Below, piece by piece: positions 49,166-61,062 of a stretch of DNA of 64,000 nt. Under the pieces are notes generated by a model, which searched no databases, was not told the origin of the DNA, and saw only the letters and a list, made by a program, of their open reading frames with translations. Origin of the DNA: Camelus dromedarius (lineage: Eukaryota); NCBI RefSeq assembly GCF_036321535.1, contig NC_087436.1, forward strand, positions 28,460,001 to 28,524,000, written 5' to 3'. The translations under genes and the position numbers were made by a program. Numbering within the stretch: the stretch's first letter is position 1; the number at the start of each line of letters is the position of its first letter.

Positions 49166-50985
49166 CACTGTTTGTATTAATTCATATTGTTTATAATTAT
49201 TAGTAGTTTTTTATAATTTAAACTATAGAAATCAGATTTATATTCTGTTTTAACTTACAGATTCCAGATGTCATTTAAATGACTTTCAGTGGGTTTTTTT
49301 TTTCCCTATTAGTGCTCTGCTATATTGTTGTTATTTCAGTTCTCCAAATTAAATATCTCATTTCAATTTACCTATTTGATGGAAACCATTTCACTACCTA
49401 TTCAAACAAACAAGCAGAAAGTTATGAAGAGGCATTTTTCAATTTTCTAATATCTGAACCCCCAAAAAAACACTAACATATTTTCTGGAATTTAGCTATT
49501 CATTTTATGTGTTTATTGTGTGTTGTCACTTAATGATATTATTTTACAAAATACAAATCCTTTCAATTCATCGCTGATTATTTAGCAACTTAAGTCTAAT
49601 GAATGCTAATATACAGTACTAAAATTATGAGTTAGACTGACAAAGAGATTCCTTCTCTCATTCTTTATTCAGTTTCATTCATATGGCAGTAATTATCCCC
49701 CAAGCCATATTTCTCTAATTTTTATTTAAATTTTGTTTCAGTGAAAGGATACTTGCATTTAAATCATTAACGAATTCTATTCAAATCAAATCATTTTCAA
49801 CCCAAGTGATTACATTTCTTTGAGACAAGCAACAAATCACACTTGGAAGAGAAACAGCACAAAAAATGTCAGAATCGATTCAAATATTTTATAAAATATT
49901 AAAAGAAAGATTATGCCCTTCAGTCATTTCCTCAAAATTCACTAAGAAATCAAACCAGAGTTACTTTAAGAATAAATTCAAAGCCATCTGTTGTTTCATT
50001 CACAGCTTTCCACTTTTACTCATAAAAATCAATTGGTAAGTAAATATATTTTAATTTATAAGGGTAAATACTTCCTGGAAATTGAAAATTATTTTATATG
50101 ATCACCAGTGAAAAAGTATTTTTAATAAAATTTCAATGACCAAAAATTTTGTTTTGAATAAACCTAATAGAATAAGCTAGCAAAAGTGAAAAATAAAATC
50201 TTCAAAAATGAATATATGCACAGATATTTAACAATGTATACAAGTATAAAAAAGGGTGATAGTAAAATATTTTTAGTAATAATTATGGAAAATATGTTAA
50301 ATAATATCTCTGTTTAGGAACTACCTACCACACATTCTGATTGTTACTTATGTATTAAATAAATATGAAGCTTAGGAAAAGAAAATATTAAGATAATTTT
50401 TCTCTACAGATAATTTGTTATTCTTTTTCTGCATTTGGTTTGAAAATGATTGGTATTTACAAAATGTTCCAATAATATATTCTTGGAATTTTTTAGCATA
50501 ATATAATAATATAACACCAGCATGCTCATCATTTTACTTTCCGTGATTTTTAAAATGAAAATTAGAATGCATTGTTTTCTAATTTCCTGACAGTAGCCAT
50601 CAATAAATATTAGCATTTTGTCTCTGGGAGGCTGATTTTACTTATTTTGGGAATCAGTGTAAAGGGATTTAGGGAATTTCTAATATAAATTGATGGTGCC
50701 TTTTGTATGCATCTCATTAGACTCAGAAAGTGAGTTGAAATTTAAATCAAGGGTAAATAACACATTAAAATTTAAAGCTTAAGGACTACTCAAAGGAATA
50801 CATTATTTTGTACCTGAAAGAATGTATTTTTGTTACAATCTTAAGTGCCATTGAATAGAAAAATAGAAGTTTAAATTTAGTTGGCTTATACAATAAAAGA
50901 TATACTAATTTTCAAGTTTAGAATCACATGCTGTATCTAAGGTTTAATTTTCTCATGAATACTATTACAGAGCTGAAAATCACAG

Positions 50986-51529
50986 ATCTTATAAGGGATT
51001 AATATCCAAAATAAATAAAGAACTCATACAGCTCAATAGCCAAAAAACAAAAAATCCAATTGAAAAATGAGTAGAAGACCCAAAAAGACATTTTTCCAAA
51101 GCAGACATATAAATGGCCAACAGGTGCAGGAAGAGGTGCTCGTCATCATTATTCACCAGGGAAATGCAAATCAAAGCCACAATAAGCTAGCACGTCACCC
51201 ATGTTAGGTTCGCTATCATCAAAAACACAGGAGATAAGTATCAGTGAAGATGTGGAGAAAAGGAAATTTTTGTAAATGTTGGTATGAATGTAAATTTGTG
51301 CAGCTACTATGGAAAACAGTATGGAGGACCCTCAAAAAATTAAAAATAGAATTACCATATGATTCAGCAATTCTACTTCTGGATATATATCCAAAGGAAA
51401 TGAGGACAGATCAAAGAGATATCTACACTCTTATGTTCAAGGTAGCATTATTCACAATAGCCAAGATACGGAAACAACCTAAGTGTCTTTCAATGGATGA
51501 ATAGATAAAGAAAATGTGATAAACACACA

Positions 51530-51564
<35 letters not shown>

Positions 51565-52051
51565 CCATGCTAAAGAAGGAGACATCCTGCCATTTGCAAC
51601 AACATGGATAGACCTTGGGGCATTATACTAAGTGAAGTAAGTAAAACAGAGAAACATAAATACTACAGGATATCACTCATATGTGGAATCTCAAAAAACC
51701 AAACTCACAGAAACAGAGAGTAGAATGGTCATTACCAGGAGCATGGGGGTTGGGGGCAAGGGCAGATGTTGATCAAAGAGTATAAACTTCTAGTTATATG
51801 ATGGACAAATTCTGTCAATATACAGCAAGGCGGTTATGACTCACAACATTGTATTATACACTTCAAAGTTGCTATGAAAATACATCTTGTAAGTTGTCAC
51901 CACAAAAATGAAATAGTAATTAGGTGAGGTGAAGCAGATATTAGCTAATGCTGCTAGTAACTATTTTGTAATAGAAAAGTGTATTAAATCAGCACATTGT
52001 ACACCTTAAATTTGCATATAGCTTTATGTCAATTACATTAACAAAATGGGA
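50986..52051 (+). mobile_element. 5'-truncated L1 (L1MA-like) ORF2 C-terminus plus 3' UTR
   Basis: ORF 51244-51504 encodes [28 protein letters not shown]...LFTIAKIRKQPKC; typical 3' UTR; possible TSD GAAAATCACA (50975) / GAAAATCCACA (52052); (CA)n at 51523-51562. Confidence 0.93.
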
Positions 52052-52539
52052 GAAAATCCACATGTGGTGTGAAATTTTAAAATCCCAGAGTAGAAAGAAA
52101 AGCTGTAATACTATAGAAGTATATACATATTTATTTTATATGTAATTGTGTAATCTAAATTTTGGGAAAAGGCTGGTAAGATGTTTCTCCTCTAGTAAGA
52201 GATTAGGAAATGGCTTCTCACATATAAAAAGCACTGTATGATTTCAGATGGCCTAAAAGTTCAATACAGCCCTCTCTCTGGAAACTGTAGAGCACTACAG
52301 ATTGTCTTATAAAAGAGAAAGCATTAGATGAGGCCATTCTGTTTCTAAAAAGTTAAAATCCATTTTTAATATTATGTATATTATGATAAACAAATATACT
52401 TTAAAAATATTGTCAGGGCAAAAGAAGTTTAAAAAAAGACTTTGCCAGGTGGAAAGAGCAATCATTTTCCCTTGATATCTGAGGCAAAACTAATATTGTA
52501 CACCAAAGGTGTGGTCAGTGAGACTGGACTCCAGGACTC

Positions 52540-53080
52540 TGAGATCCTGTCACATTTAGAATGAAACAAAAACCTCTCCGTGGTCTACGAGACTCCGAAT
52601 GACCCGTTTCTTCCCTGACTACCCATCCAGATCTCCTGCTTCTTTGATACTTGCTCGTTATGTTTCTGCCACACTGACCTGTTTCTTGCACCCTACCCAC
52701 ATCAAGGTCTTCTTGTTTAGAGGCTTCTGTGCTTGCTTTTCCCTTTTCCTGGAGTGTTTGTCTCTGGTCTCCTTTCACAGCATCAGTTTGTACTTGAGGT
52801 CTTTATTTAAAAAGATTCTGTTGGAGATTCCTCCATCTATATTATCCCCTCTAGAATCTTGAAAATATTACCCTACCCTACTTATTGCCTTCAGAGCGTT
52901 AATCTAATTGTAGTTATATAACTTTTTATGTCCCATGTTTACTGTCTTCCTCCACTAAAATAGAAGCTCCATGAGGGCAAGAGACCTCTTCGACATTCAG
53001 TCATTTCCCTTGCACTTGGCATATTGCTTAGAACTGTATTTCCTTGACATACTGTAATATTCTTTGAGTGAATAAATAAG
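52540..53080 (+). mobile_element. L2a-like 3' portion
   Basis: ttctgccacactgacctgtttcttg...gtgcttgcttttcccttttcctgga...cactaaaatagaagctccatgagggcaaga...tgagtgaataaataa. Confidence 0.8.
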
Positions 53081-53138
53081 CTGGAATCCAGTTTTCTTGG
53101 TTAAAAAAAAGGAGGAAAAGCTGCCTAAAGAGATAGTA

Positions 53139-53549
53139 TGTGTGACATAGATTGATTTCTCACTAATCCATTTCCTCTTTTCGGGTATATGGGAGACATA
53201 TATCCCATAACTGCAGTCCTCTTGTGATTTCTGTCTTGCTGTGTGACCTAGAGAAAGAACTGTGGGTAGGAAGGTTTACCTCACAGACTTGGCCATCATG
53301 CATTCTTTCCTTTCTGTCATTGCTCCCTGGATGACTGCAGAGGATGCAGTGGAGAATTCTGAGAAAGACAGGAGATGATGGAGGTAAGTAGCCTGGATCT
53401 CTGGATCCTTCTTGAGGGAGAACAGCACTATAGATGCATCTTAAATGTGTTGGACTAAGATGTAAATGAGAAATACTTTTATTGTATTAACTAAGATCTT
53501 GTGGCTGTTTCTAGCAGCATTTAAGAATTATTATCCTGGCTAGTATGCA
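53139..53549 (+). mobile_element. Old MaLR LTR (MLT1J-like)
   Basis: agtagcctggatctctg...ttggact..atgtaaatgagaaatacttttattgtattaa...tagcagc. Confidence 0.6.
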
Positions 53550-54859
53550 ACAATAAAGATTTTGTGGTTAAGGATATTCAAAATTACAGTGCTACATATT
53601 GAATGATGATACTGGTTTTAATATATTCTATTCTGATTGATCAACTTATAAGAAAAGTAGTATTAATTTATGTGAGTTTTGTTTCTTAGATTTCATATGC
53701 TTAAGGCTGTTCCTAAAAGCATTAAGAATACAAAATTTAGAGAATGTTAAAGCTGGTAGCCAGTTACAAACAATAGAAAATAGAAGTAGAAAATATAACC
53801 ATTATACTCTTAATATTTTGGGCTTAAATGCCATTACATTCTTGGCATGCACTTGCCTGTATAAAATGAGGCTTAATAACACACGAATGGGACCATCATT
53901 AATGCAATTCAGAAACCCATCCAGAGTGATTAAAGCAACCCAAATCGCCCTTGATCATATTTCTGACCACTTATCAGAAGTGTCTTTATACTGTCATTAG
54001 CTGAGCTTCTCCTTTATGATTTTCTATGTCCTTGTCAAGTAATTGCTTCAGAACCAGATCAATGAGAATCTATAAAAAGAGCTAAGATCAAACTCAGCTC
54101 AGATACTCCTTTCAGTGTTGAACTGTCCTCTTTGACATTAGCAAAGAACAATTAATATACATATACGTTCACCACTGTCCCCCAATTCTGTCTCCTGGGC
54201 AAAAGAATTGCAAAGCTTCAGGTTTCTTTGCAGAATTCAACATAACCTCCAGATAAAGAAAAAAAAAACTATTATGGCATCTCAAACTCTACCAGTTCAG
54301 TGCTCTTCCTCAGAAAGATTATAGAGTGTTTTATGGTTGATCTGCCTGAAGAAAATGTTCTGCATGTTGGGAAAAAAGTAATTAAACCTAGTGGCAGTTG
54401 TGTTTGTGAGCTGTCAAGGTGAAAGACTAGAACTTACAGAACAATGTATAAGAGCTGATCAAAAATCTATTGAAATTTATTCAGAATTAGTAGCCAGTAT
54501 ATTCAATTATATTTTTCAAGGTAACAATTGGCTGAGAATACAGTGTGAGCAGGTAAATTGTACTGTCACTTTGCTAAACATATTTATGGTCCAGTATGTA
54601 TAGTCCACAATGAAGTAAAATGTAAAGACAATGTGTTTATATTATGAAAGATGTTCAAAGATGCACTGTGACCAATAAAAAAATGTCAGTAACTTATAAA
54701 AATATTTGTCTGAGTTTTTAAATTTATTTGCCCTTGAATTTTTCTAGTTAAAAAATTATGTGTGTGTATTTGAATAAGTTGATTAAAACAATCTTTCATT
54801 TTCATGTTTCACATGCAAAGTTGTTTTATTTTTCTTTATACACACATCTCTACCTAGTA

Positions 54860-55146
54860 CTTTCTGTTTCTTGTTGTTTTCTTGGATAGAATCATCTTGA
54901 TTTTCAGGTTGGAAGTAAAATGTCACCTTTCCTGAGAAGCCAACTCTCACAGCCCAATCAAAAGCAGGTCCCTCTTTCTATAGGCTTTTAACAACTAGTG
55001 TTTTGAAATGTCTGATTTGCCTAATAAACTACCAGCCCCATGAGGGTCTTGTTTACCTCTGACTGTTCAGTGTCTGGAATGCATGGAAAATAGCAGATAC
55101 TTATAAACCAACTTTTTGAATGAGTGAATGAATGAATGAATGAATG
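54860..55146 (+). mobile_element. L2 3' end with (GAAT)n tail
   Basis: aatgtcacctttcctgagaagcc...gccccatgaggg.cttgttta...cagtgtctg...ttgaatgagtgaatgaatgaatgaatgaatg. Confidence 0.8.
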
Positions 55147-55254
55147 CATCTGCTCAATCCTATCCCTGCTGCCAGCAACACAGCCAAGCCCTCTCTTTAT
55201 TTACTCTAAAATACTAAACTATTAAAATAACCTAAAACTTTTCTTTGCATCTAC

Positions 55255-55870
55255 TTTTGTCTTATACTAATCCATTTTTCTTTCCACTACAAAGAACAAT
55301 CTTATAAAGCATAAATCTGATTATAACCACATCTCTTCCTTGAAATTACCGCATTGTTTTCCATTGTGCTTGACATAAAGCTAATATGTATTTAATTATA
55401 ATTCCATTATAACAAATATAAAGATACCTATCACAGCCTACAAAATTTTACATGACAGGTTCCCAGATCAAGTCATATTTCCATTTACTTGTTCCCATGG
55501 TTCTAGGTGAGAACCACACCAAACTTACTTTATTCCTGATCACACCCAGCTTATTTCTGCTTCAAGACTTTGACATATGTCATTTCCTATGCCTGAACCA
55601 CCACTTCAATCTTTAACATTAACAATCCTTTTAACATTAATAATCCTTGGAGTCTCAGCAGAAGTTTTACTTCCTATGTGAGACCTTCTTGATGCCCCAA
55701 AGGAAGTAAAATGTGTTACTCTGTTATATGGACATTGATAGTTAAAAATATAATAATTAGTTATATACATATTTTCCCCACAAGATTATAAACTCCTTGA
55801 AGACAGGTCATGGTTCACCACACTCAGCATTTTTATTTAAGAATAAATATTTGTACATAAATATTTATAT
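55255..55870 (+). mobile_element. L2 fragment
   Basis: cataaatctgattat...ttccattgtgct...ttatttctgcttcaagactttgacatatg...gattataaactccttgaagacagg. Confidence 0.65.
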
Positions 55871-55904
55871 TAACTATAAAATAATAACTACAAATAATAT
55901 AACA

Positions 55905-56115
55905 CTATCATAAATAAATATGTAGAAATACTATGTATCAAGCACTGCTCTAGGTACAGGGAATGCAACAAGGGGAAAAAATAACAGACAAAAAGCCTGG
56001 CCCTTGGAGACTTATATTTGGGCAGGGATAATATATAATAAATAGTATAAGCTACAAAATATGCAAGTAGTATGTTGGAAGGTAAATGGTAAGGATTAAA
56101 AAAGGAAAAGAAGGC
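55905..56115 (-). mobile_element. L2 3' fragment
   Basis: tactatgtatcaagcactgctctaggtacagggaatgcaac...acagacaaaaagcctggcccttggagactta. Confidence 0.7.
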
Positions 56116-56589
56116 AACAGGTGTTGTGTTGTGTTCTCCATAAACTGAAAAAAATGCAGGCAGTTCTAATAGGGATAAGAACATACATAACTTATGGGGT
56201 GTTATAGGCATATGCTCTTGTCCTTGAACCAAGCAGTTATTCCTCTTATTCACTAAGGACACTGTGGGGGCTTTGCTGAGCCTCATTAGAGACTATACGG
56301 TGTAATTTTTCCAGTATTAATGAGACTTTATATTTTCTCTTTTACTTTAACCTTGAGAACTTTACCATGAGCGGTGAGACACCCCTGAAGGGTGAGTGAA
56401 GTCTTCAGGCAACAAATATCCAAAGCAGGAGTAATAGTTACTTAGGATAGCTTTGCTAAACTTCCATAGTATTCTTTTCTAGTTTTTGCAGGATACTACG
56501 CATTTGATAGAGACGCATGAAAAACAACAGCTTCTCTCATTTTCCACAGATGATTTGATTAGCTACGCTGTACCTGGAAGAAAATACAA

Positions 56590-56795
56590 TGTGTGGAGTA
56601 AAAAGATTTAAATTAAGAATCAGAGAATCCGGGTTCCCGTTTCGGCTGCTCATCTTTTTGCAATGTCTCATCCTCTGTGAGCCTGAACTGCACTACTGGG
56701 TCGCGCCTGCCTCACACAGCTACTGTGAGTATCCACAACCACCTTGTGTTTTAAAGTCATTAACCAATTTTAAAGTAGTAAATAAATGTGAACTG
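56590..56795 (+). mobile_element. MIR-family SINE, highly diverged
   Basis: gaatcagagaatccgggttccc...ctctgtgagcctg...cctgcctcacacagctactgtgag. Confidence 0.55.
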
Positions 56796-58247
56796 ACACA
56801 TCACTCTTATTAAACCCTTTAAGGGTCCATTATTAAACTATATTCATGGAAAATAAGTAATAGGAAGTCTCTAGTTGTTAAGCCATGCCTACATATCTAA
56901 ATTTTCTTTCTCTGAAGATGTATCTTAGCCTGCTTGTGTCGAGTTAGGATTAATAACTTGAAGTCTATGTATATGCCACCGACCATTGTAATCTTGTATT
57001 AACACTTATTTTACATTGCAAATATCTGATTATCAGTTTCACTAAACCAAGACATACTAGAAGATAAAAAAATCTCATGTTTCGATGCTTCCATATAGTT
57101 TTACATTAATATTCAAAAAAGAATAGAATGAGTAAACTAATATAACATTTTGTATTAAATTAATTAAGTTACAAATACCTTGAAATTGTCCCCAGAAAAC
57201 AATGAAAGAAAGCATGAGTTTGTCATCTTTGGGATTGTTTCAATGTTTACAAGATTCAAGCTATTCCTTGGCAGTTTCCAATGATTAGGCAATTCATAAT
57301 TTATTTTTAAAAACATTATTTGCAATCCCTAGAAGCTGCACTTTAGAAAATGGAGATAATCTTTGAAGATTTACTGAAACACTGATAGTTTATTATTTTA
57401 AACCTGACATTCAGTTTCCAGCCAGATGTGTATGTTTAATCAATGTCTCATTGCCACTGTAGTTTTCAATAATCTGTGAAATTTCATAACTATTCACTTG
57501 ATCCTGAAATCATTAGCTTGACTATAAAACCGTGGAAACTACTGAGTATCTATAATCCTTTCTTCTTGATCTGTTTATATAAAACGCTGTTAAGCATAGA
57601 GTGTGAAAGCACGTTGGTTACTGTAGATGTGATTTATAATTTTTGATGTCTTATTAAAGTGTAAGAATTAAATGCCACAATATTGGTTTTAGATAGAATC
57701 ATCTCATATAAAATATATGTATGTACAATGTGTTATAATTTTCCTTCACTTTTGAAAATTATGCTATTGTTTGCACTTTGTGCCTGGGGATTTTCTTTTC
57801 CTATATTAATAGAAGATTCACATTGACCATCCTGAACTTATCACGATAGTATCAATCCTCACTCCCTCCATTCTCACCAGCGGGGAAGGTTAAGTAAATA
57901 TTTTCCCAAATAGGGTTACTTCAGTTTTTGTGGAAAGTACATGTCTATTGAAGTCTTGCTCAATGTTGATAATAATAAATTGTTTCTTGAAGCAACTGAG
58001 ATTTAGATGAATCCTGTCTGACAGACTACATCAAAATGAAGCAGTCATGTTGGTTTAATTAGCTCGTTCTTTCTCTGAACATGGTTGGCGTGTATTACAT
58101 GGCTGCCTTCCACCCTTTGTTTCTCACTAGAGTAAGTGTCCCTGTTTGTGCTTGGATTGCTTGGTGCCTGTGCTCATGCTGTTTCCTCGGGGTGGAATGC
58201 TTACTCCCATGTTTCAACTTGTGAAAATTGTCAGCATGCTCAAATGT

Positions 58248-58530
58248 GGCAGTAGAACACAGAGGTTAAGCACTTGGATGGTAGTCAGAGATTGCTTCAG
58301 CTTGAATCCCAGCTCTGCTACAAATCTGGCATGTGCTGCTGGGAAAGCCAACTGACCTAATAAGGCTTAGCTTCCTCCTCTGTTAAAAGCGTAAGATTAA
58401 AACTAACTTTTTAGGTAAAATTAAGTCTGACTTCTTATGTTGTGAGAATGAAGCCACTTTGTAAATACAAAACTCATAAAATGTTGTCTGGTATAGAGTA
58501 AGTATTATCTAATTGTTCTCTATAATTATG
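58248..58530 (+). mobile_element. MIR SINE lying between L2 fragments
   Basis: ggcagtag..cagaggttaagcact..agtcaga...ttgaatcccagctctgctac...tgggaaag...cttagcttcctcctctgttaaa...tctggtatagagtaagt. Confidence 0.8.
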
Positions 58531-58544
58531 AAATTTTGGCTGTT

Positions 58545-58830
58545 GTCACTTATTCCCCTGTTCATTTAAGTACCAGTTCAAATAGTGTCTTTTCTTTTAA
58601 TCACTTTACAACATTCTCTGAAAGAATGATTACTTTTTTCATCTGTTTTTCCATCGCATTTATGCTATGCAATTATGACATAATATGATGAGTCAGAATA
58701 AGCTTGTGTGTTTAATTTCCATAACCTGTGAGTTTGCTGAGGTCATGAAGTTATTCATTTTCATTTTTCCTGAGTTTAGTATAGAGTCTACTTATAGTAG
58801 CAGTTAAAATATTTGTAGATAAAATAAATT
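58545..58830 (+). mobile_element. L2 3' end (left part at about 58150-58245)
   Basis: gtgctcatgctgtttcctc..tggaatgc before the MIR; ctgtgagtttgctgagg...tagtagcagttaaaatatttgt after it. Confidence 0.55.
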
Positions 58831-59069
58831 TAAAATAAAAATATACATATAATTGTTTAAAGGATTCACGTCAAGTGAAGAATTTGGTTCTTAAGTTCAA
58901 TACAAGTTCTGTTTTGTTTGATCAAATAATGAATAATTAACTATAATGTGTACAGAACATTGCATTAAGTGTCTGAAGCTACAACGAAGCTTAATTTTAA
59001 TTTCTATCTGTTCTAAAAACATATTTCAAACTTGTGTCTTTATTCATCTAATTCTTTGTAACTTTTGGT

Positions 59070-59272
59070 AATTTACATGCATTTCCTCATTAGGGTGTCA
59101 TAAACACCCTGTGCATTTGGCAGAACAGATATTGTTAGTTCTAATTTTAAAAATAAAATGATGGTTTAGAGAGGTTAAATGGCACGTTCAAAGTGAAAAA
59201 TTGGGAGAGAACTGCAAGCCCAGAGCCCATGTGTCTGTTTATTTGTCAGAGGCTTTTCTACTAATCTACTCA
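59070..59272 (-). mobile_element. MIR fragment
   Basis: tttacatgcatttcctcatt...accctgtg...attttaaaaataaaa..ggtttagagaggttaaatggc. Confidence 0.6.
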
Positions 59273-60384
59273 CTCTTCCATTCGTGCTCTATTAAGAATT
59301 GAATGAGAACAAACTCAGATAACCCTTTTTATAACTTCAACCTAAGTGATTTCATGCTCTTCACAATGAGCACTGCCTTAAATGTTCACTCTTCTGAATA
59401 AAGTTAAAAAAAAAAAAAAAGAACCGGGATACTCATCTCAAGAGTTCAAAGTTGTGAGTTTGTCAATGGCTTTTCTTGTTATTCTTATTTTATTATTTTT
59501 AAGGTGCCCTAAAATATTTTCATGTAAATTTCATTAATTCCTCAGGGAAGTCAGAACAATTTTCAACTCCATCATTGATCTGTGCTTTCATCAGATAACT
59601 TTGGCTCTCCTTGAGGTTTCTAGTTAAGACATTTATATTGCTCGCAAATACTTCCATGTAAAGACAAATGAATCTTCATGAAGATAAGCAAAAGTATTAG
59701 ATACATCATGATCTGTGCTTTTCTCAGATAACTTTTAAGTTAATTTAGAGAAAAAAAATTTTATTGCACTCAAATGTTAAAGTGCATAGATATTCTTGTA
59801 TTAAGGGAAATATAAAGATCAATTTTTTTGAAATTCACCCAAACCTTTTGCTTTTTTTATTTATATAATGTATTTGCTTTATCTCTGAGCAGATTTGTAA
59901 CTGGAAAATGTAATTTTTCTCAACAAAGAATTTAAAACTTAAATCCTCTTTCCTCAAAGTATATTTATAATTTTATGAAGCAGAGTAAGAACTAACCCTT
60001 TATTTCCTGTCTCCTATAGAATTTTTTTTTCTGATATAGAATGTTGACATTAAAAATATGTTGAGAAGACATAGGGGATATAAGTAGGTTAGATATATTG
60101 GGAGAAAACACATATCTATGTTAACATGGATAATAAACAATGCCTTCTCTTGCCTAGTACAATAATAGAAAAGGCATTCATGAAATCTACTGATGAATAT
60201 ATTTAGATATAGGAAATATAATGAAGTACCTGCATTATGATATTGATGAGTTTGTAAAATCTAGAAAACCAACAAGGTCAAAATGCTAACAAACAAAAAC
60301 AACAACAGAAATCATGAAACTGAAGTTAGGGCTGTGCTAGAGTCAAATACCAATGCTAGCATTAAGCTTGACGGCAGTAGAGTT

Positions 60385-60715
60385 TGCTCCTGATATGGCT
60401 ATGAAGTTCCTATTGGACGGACCTTCCTGCTGGTGGCAACTATAAATTCTGGGCAAACAAACAAAAACCACAAAACCCAAATACCTGAAGATATTGGAGA
60501 GCAACTCAAAGTAGGTACTTGTAAAAAGGAAACTGCTTGGGATAATTTTCATAGCTGCTAGCTAAGGTCATCGCTGTAGGACTGGCTAGATTTCTGAAGA
60601 TAACCCACTATCTTTGTGACCTAAAGAACCACACTCCAGTTGGGGAAAACCAGAGCTATTGGATCACGTGAGGGGCCCTGAAGTAAGAGACTCATAGAAG
60701 GGAAATCCCATATTC
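60385..60715 (+). mobile_element. L1M 5' end fragment
   Basis: ctcctgatatggc...gaccttcctgc...caactataaattctgggcaaa...tacctgaagatattggagagca. Confidence 0.65.
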
Positions 60716-60721
60716 TAAGAA

Positions 60722-61062
60722 ACAGTAGCTGCCAGGGCCTGGGGGTTGGAGGAGACAGAAAGAGGTTGGTAAAAGGGTACAAAATTTCAGCTATGAGATG
60801 AATAAGATCTATGGAGCTAATGTATAATATGGTAACTATAGTTGATAATACTTGTACTGTGTAAGTGAAATTTGCTAAGAGTGTAGAACTTAAATGTTCT
60901 CACCGAAAAAAAGATAAATAAATATGAGGTGATGGATGTGTTAACTAGATGGGAAAAATCCTTTCACAATGTATAAGGGTATCAAATCACCATGATGTAC
61001 ACTTTAAAAAATCTCATAATTTTATTTTTCAATGAAATTTCAGTAAAGCTGAAGAAAAAAAG
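60722..61062 (+). mobile_element. L1MA9/10-like 3' UTR with A tail
   Basis: ttggtaaaagggtacaaaatttcagctat.agatgaataag...gaaatttgctaagagtgtaga.cttaaatgttctcacc...gaggtgatggatgtgttaa...taaagctgaagaaaaaa. Confidence 0.88.

Noticed and set aside
51244..51504. 86-aa ORF
   Set aside because: L1 ORF2 C-terminal remnant in a 5'-truncated element.
55888..56286. Longest ORF in the track (132 aa)
   Set aside because: Overlaps a decayed L2 3' end and has no domain signature.
59576..59735. CRISPR-like repeat-spacer reading of the direct repeat
   Set aside because: Only two copies, a 106-bp spacer, mammalian context and no cas genes.
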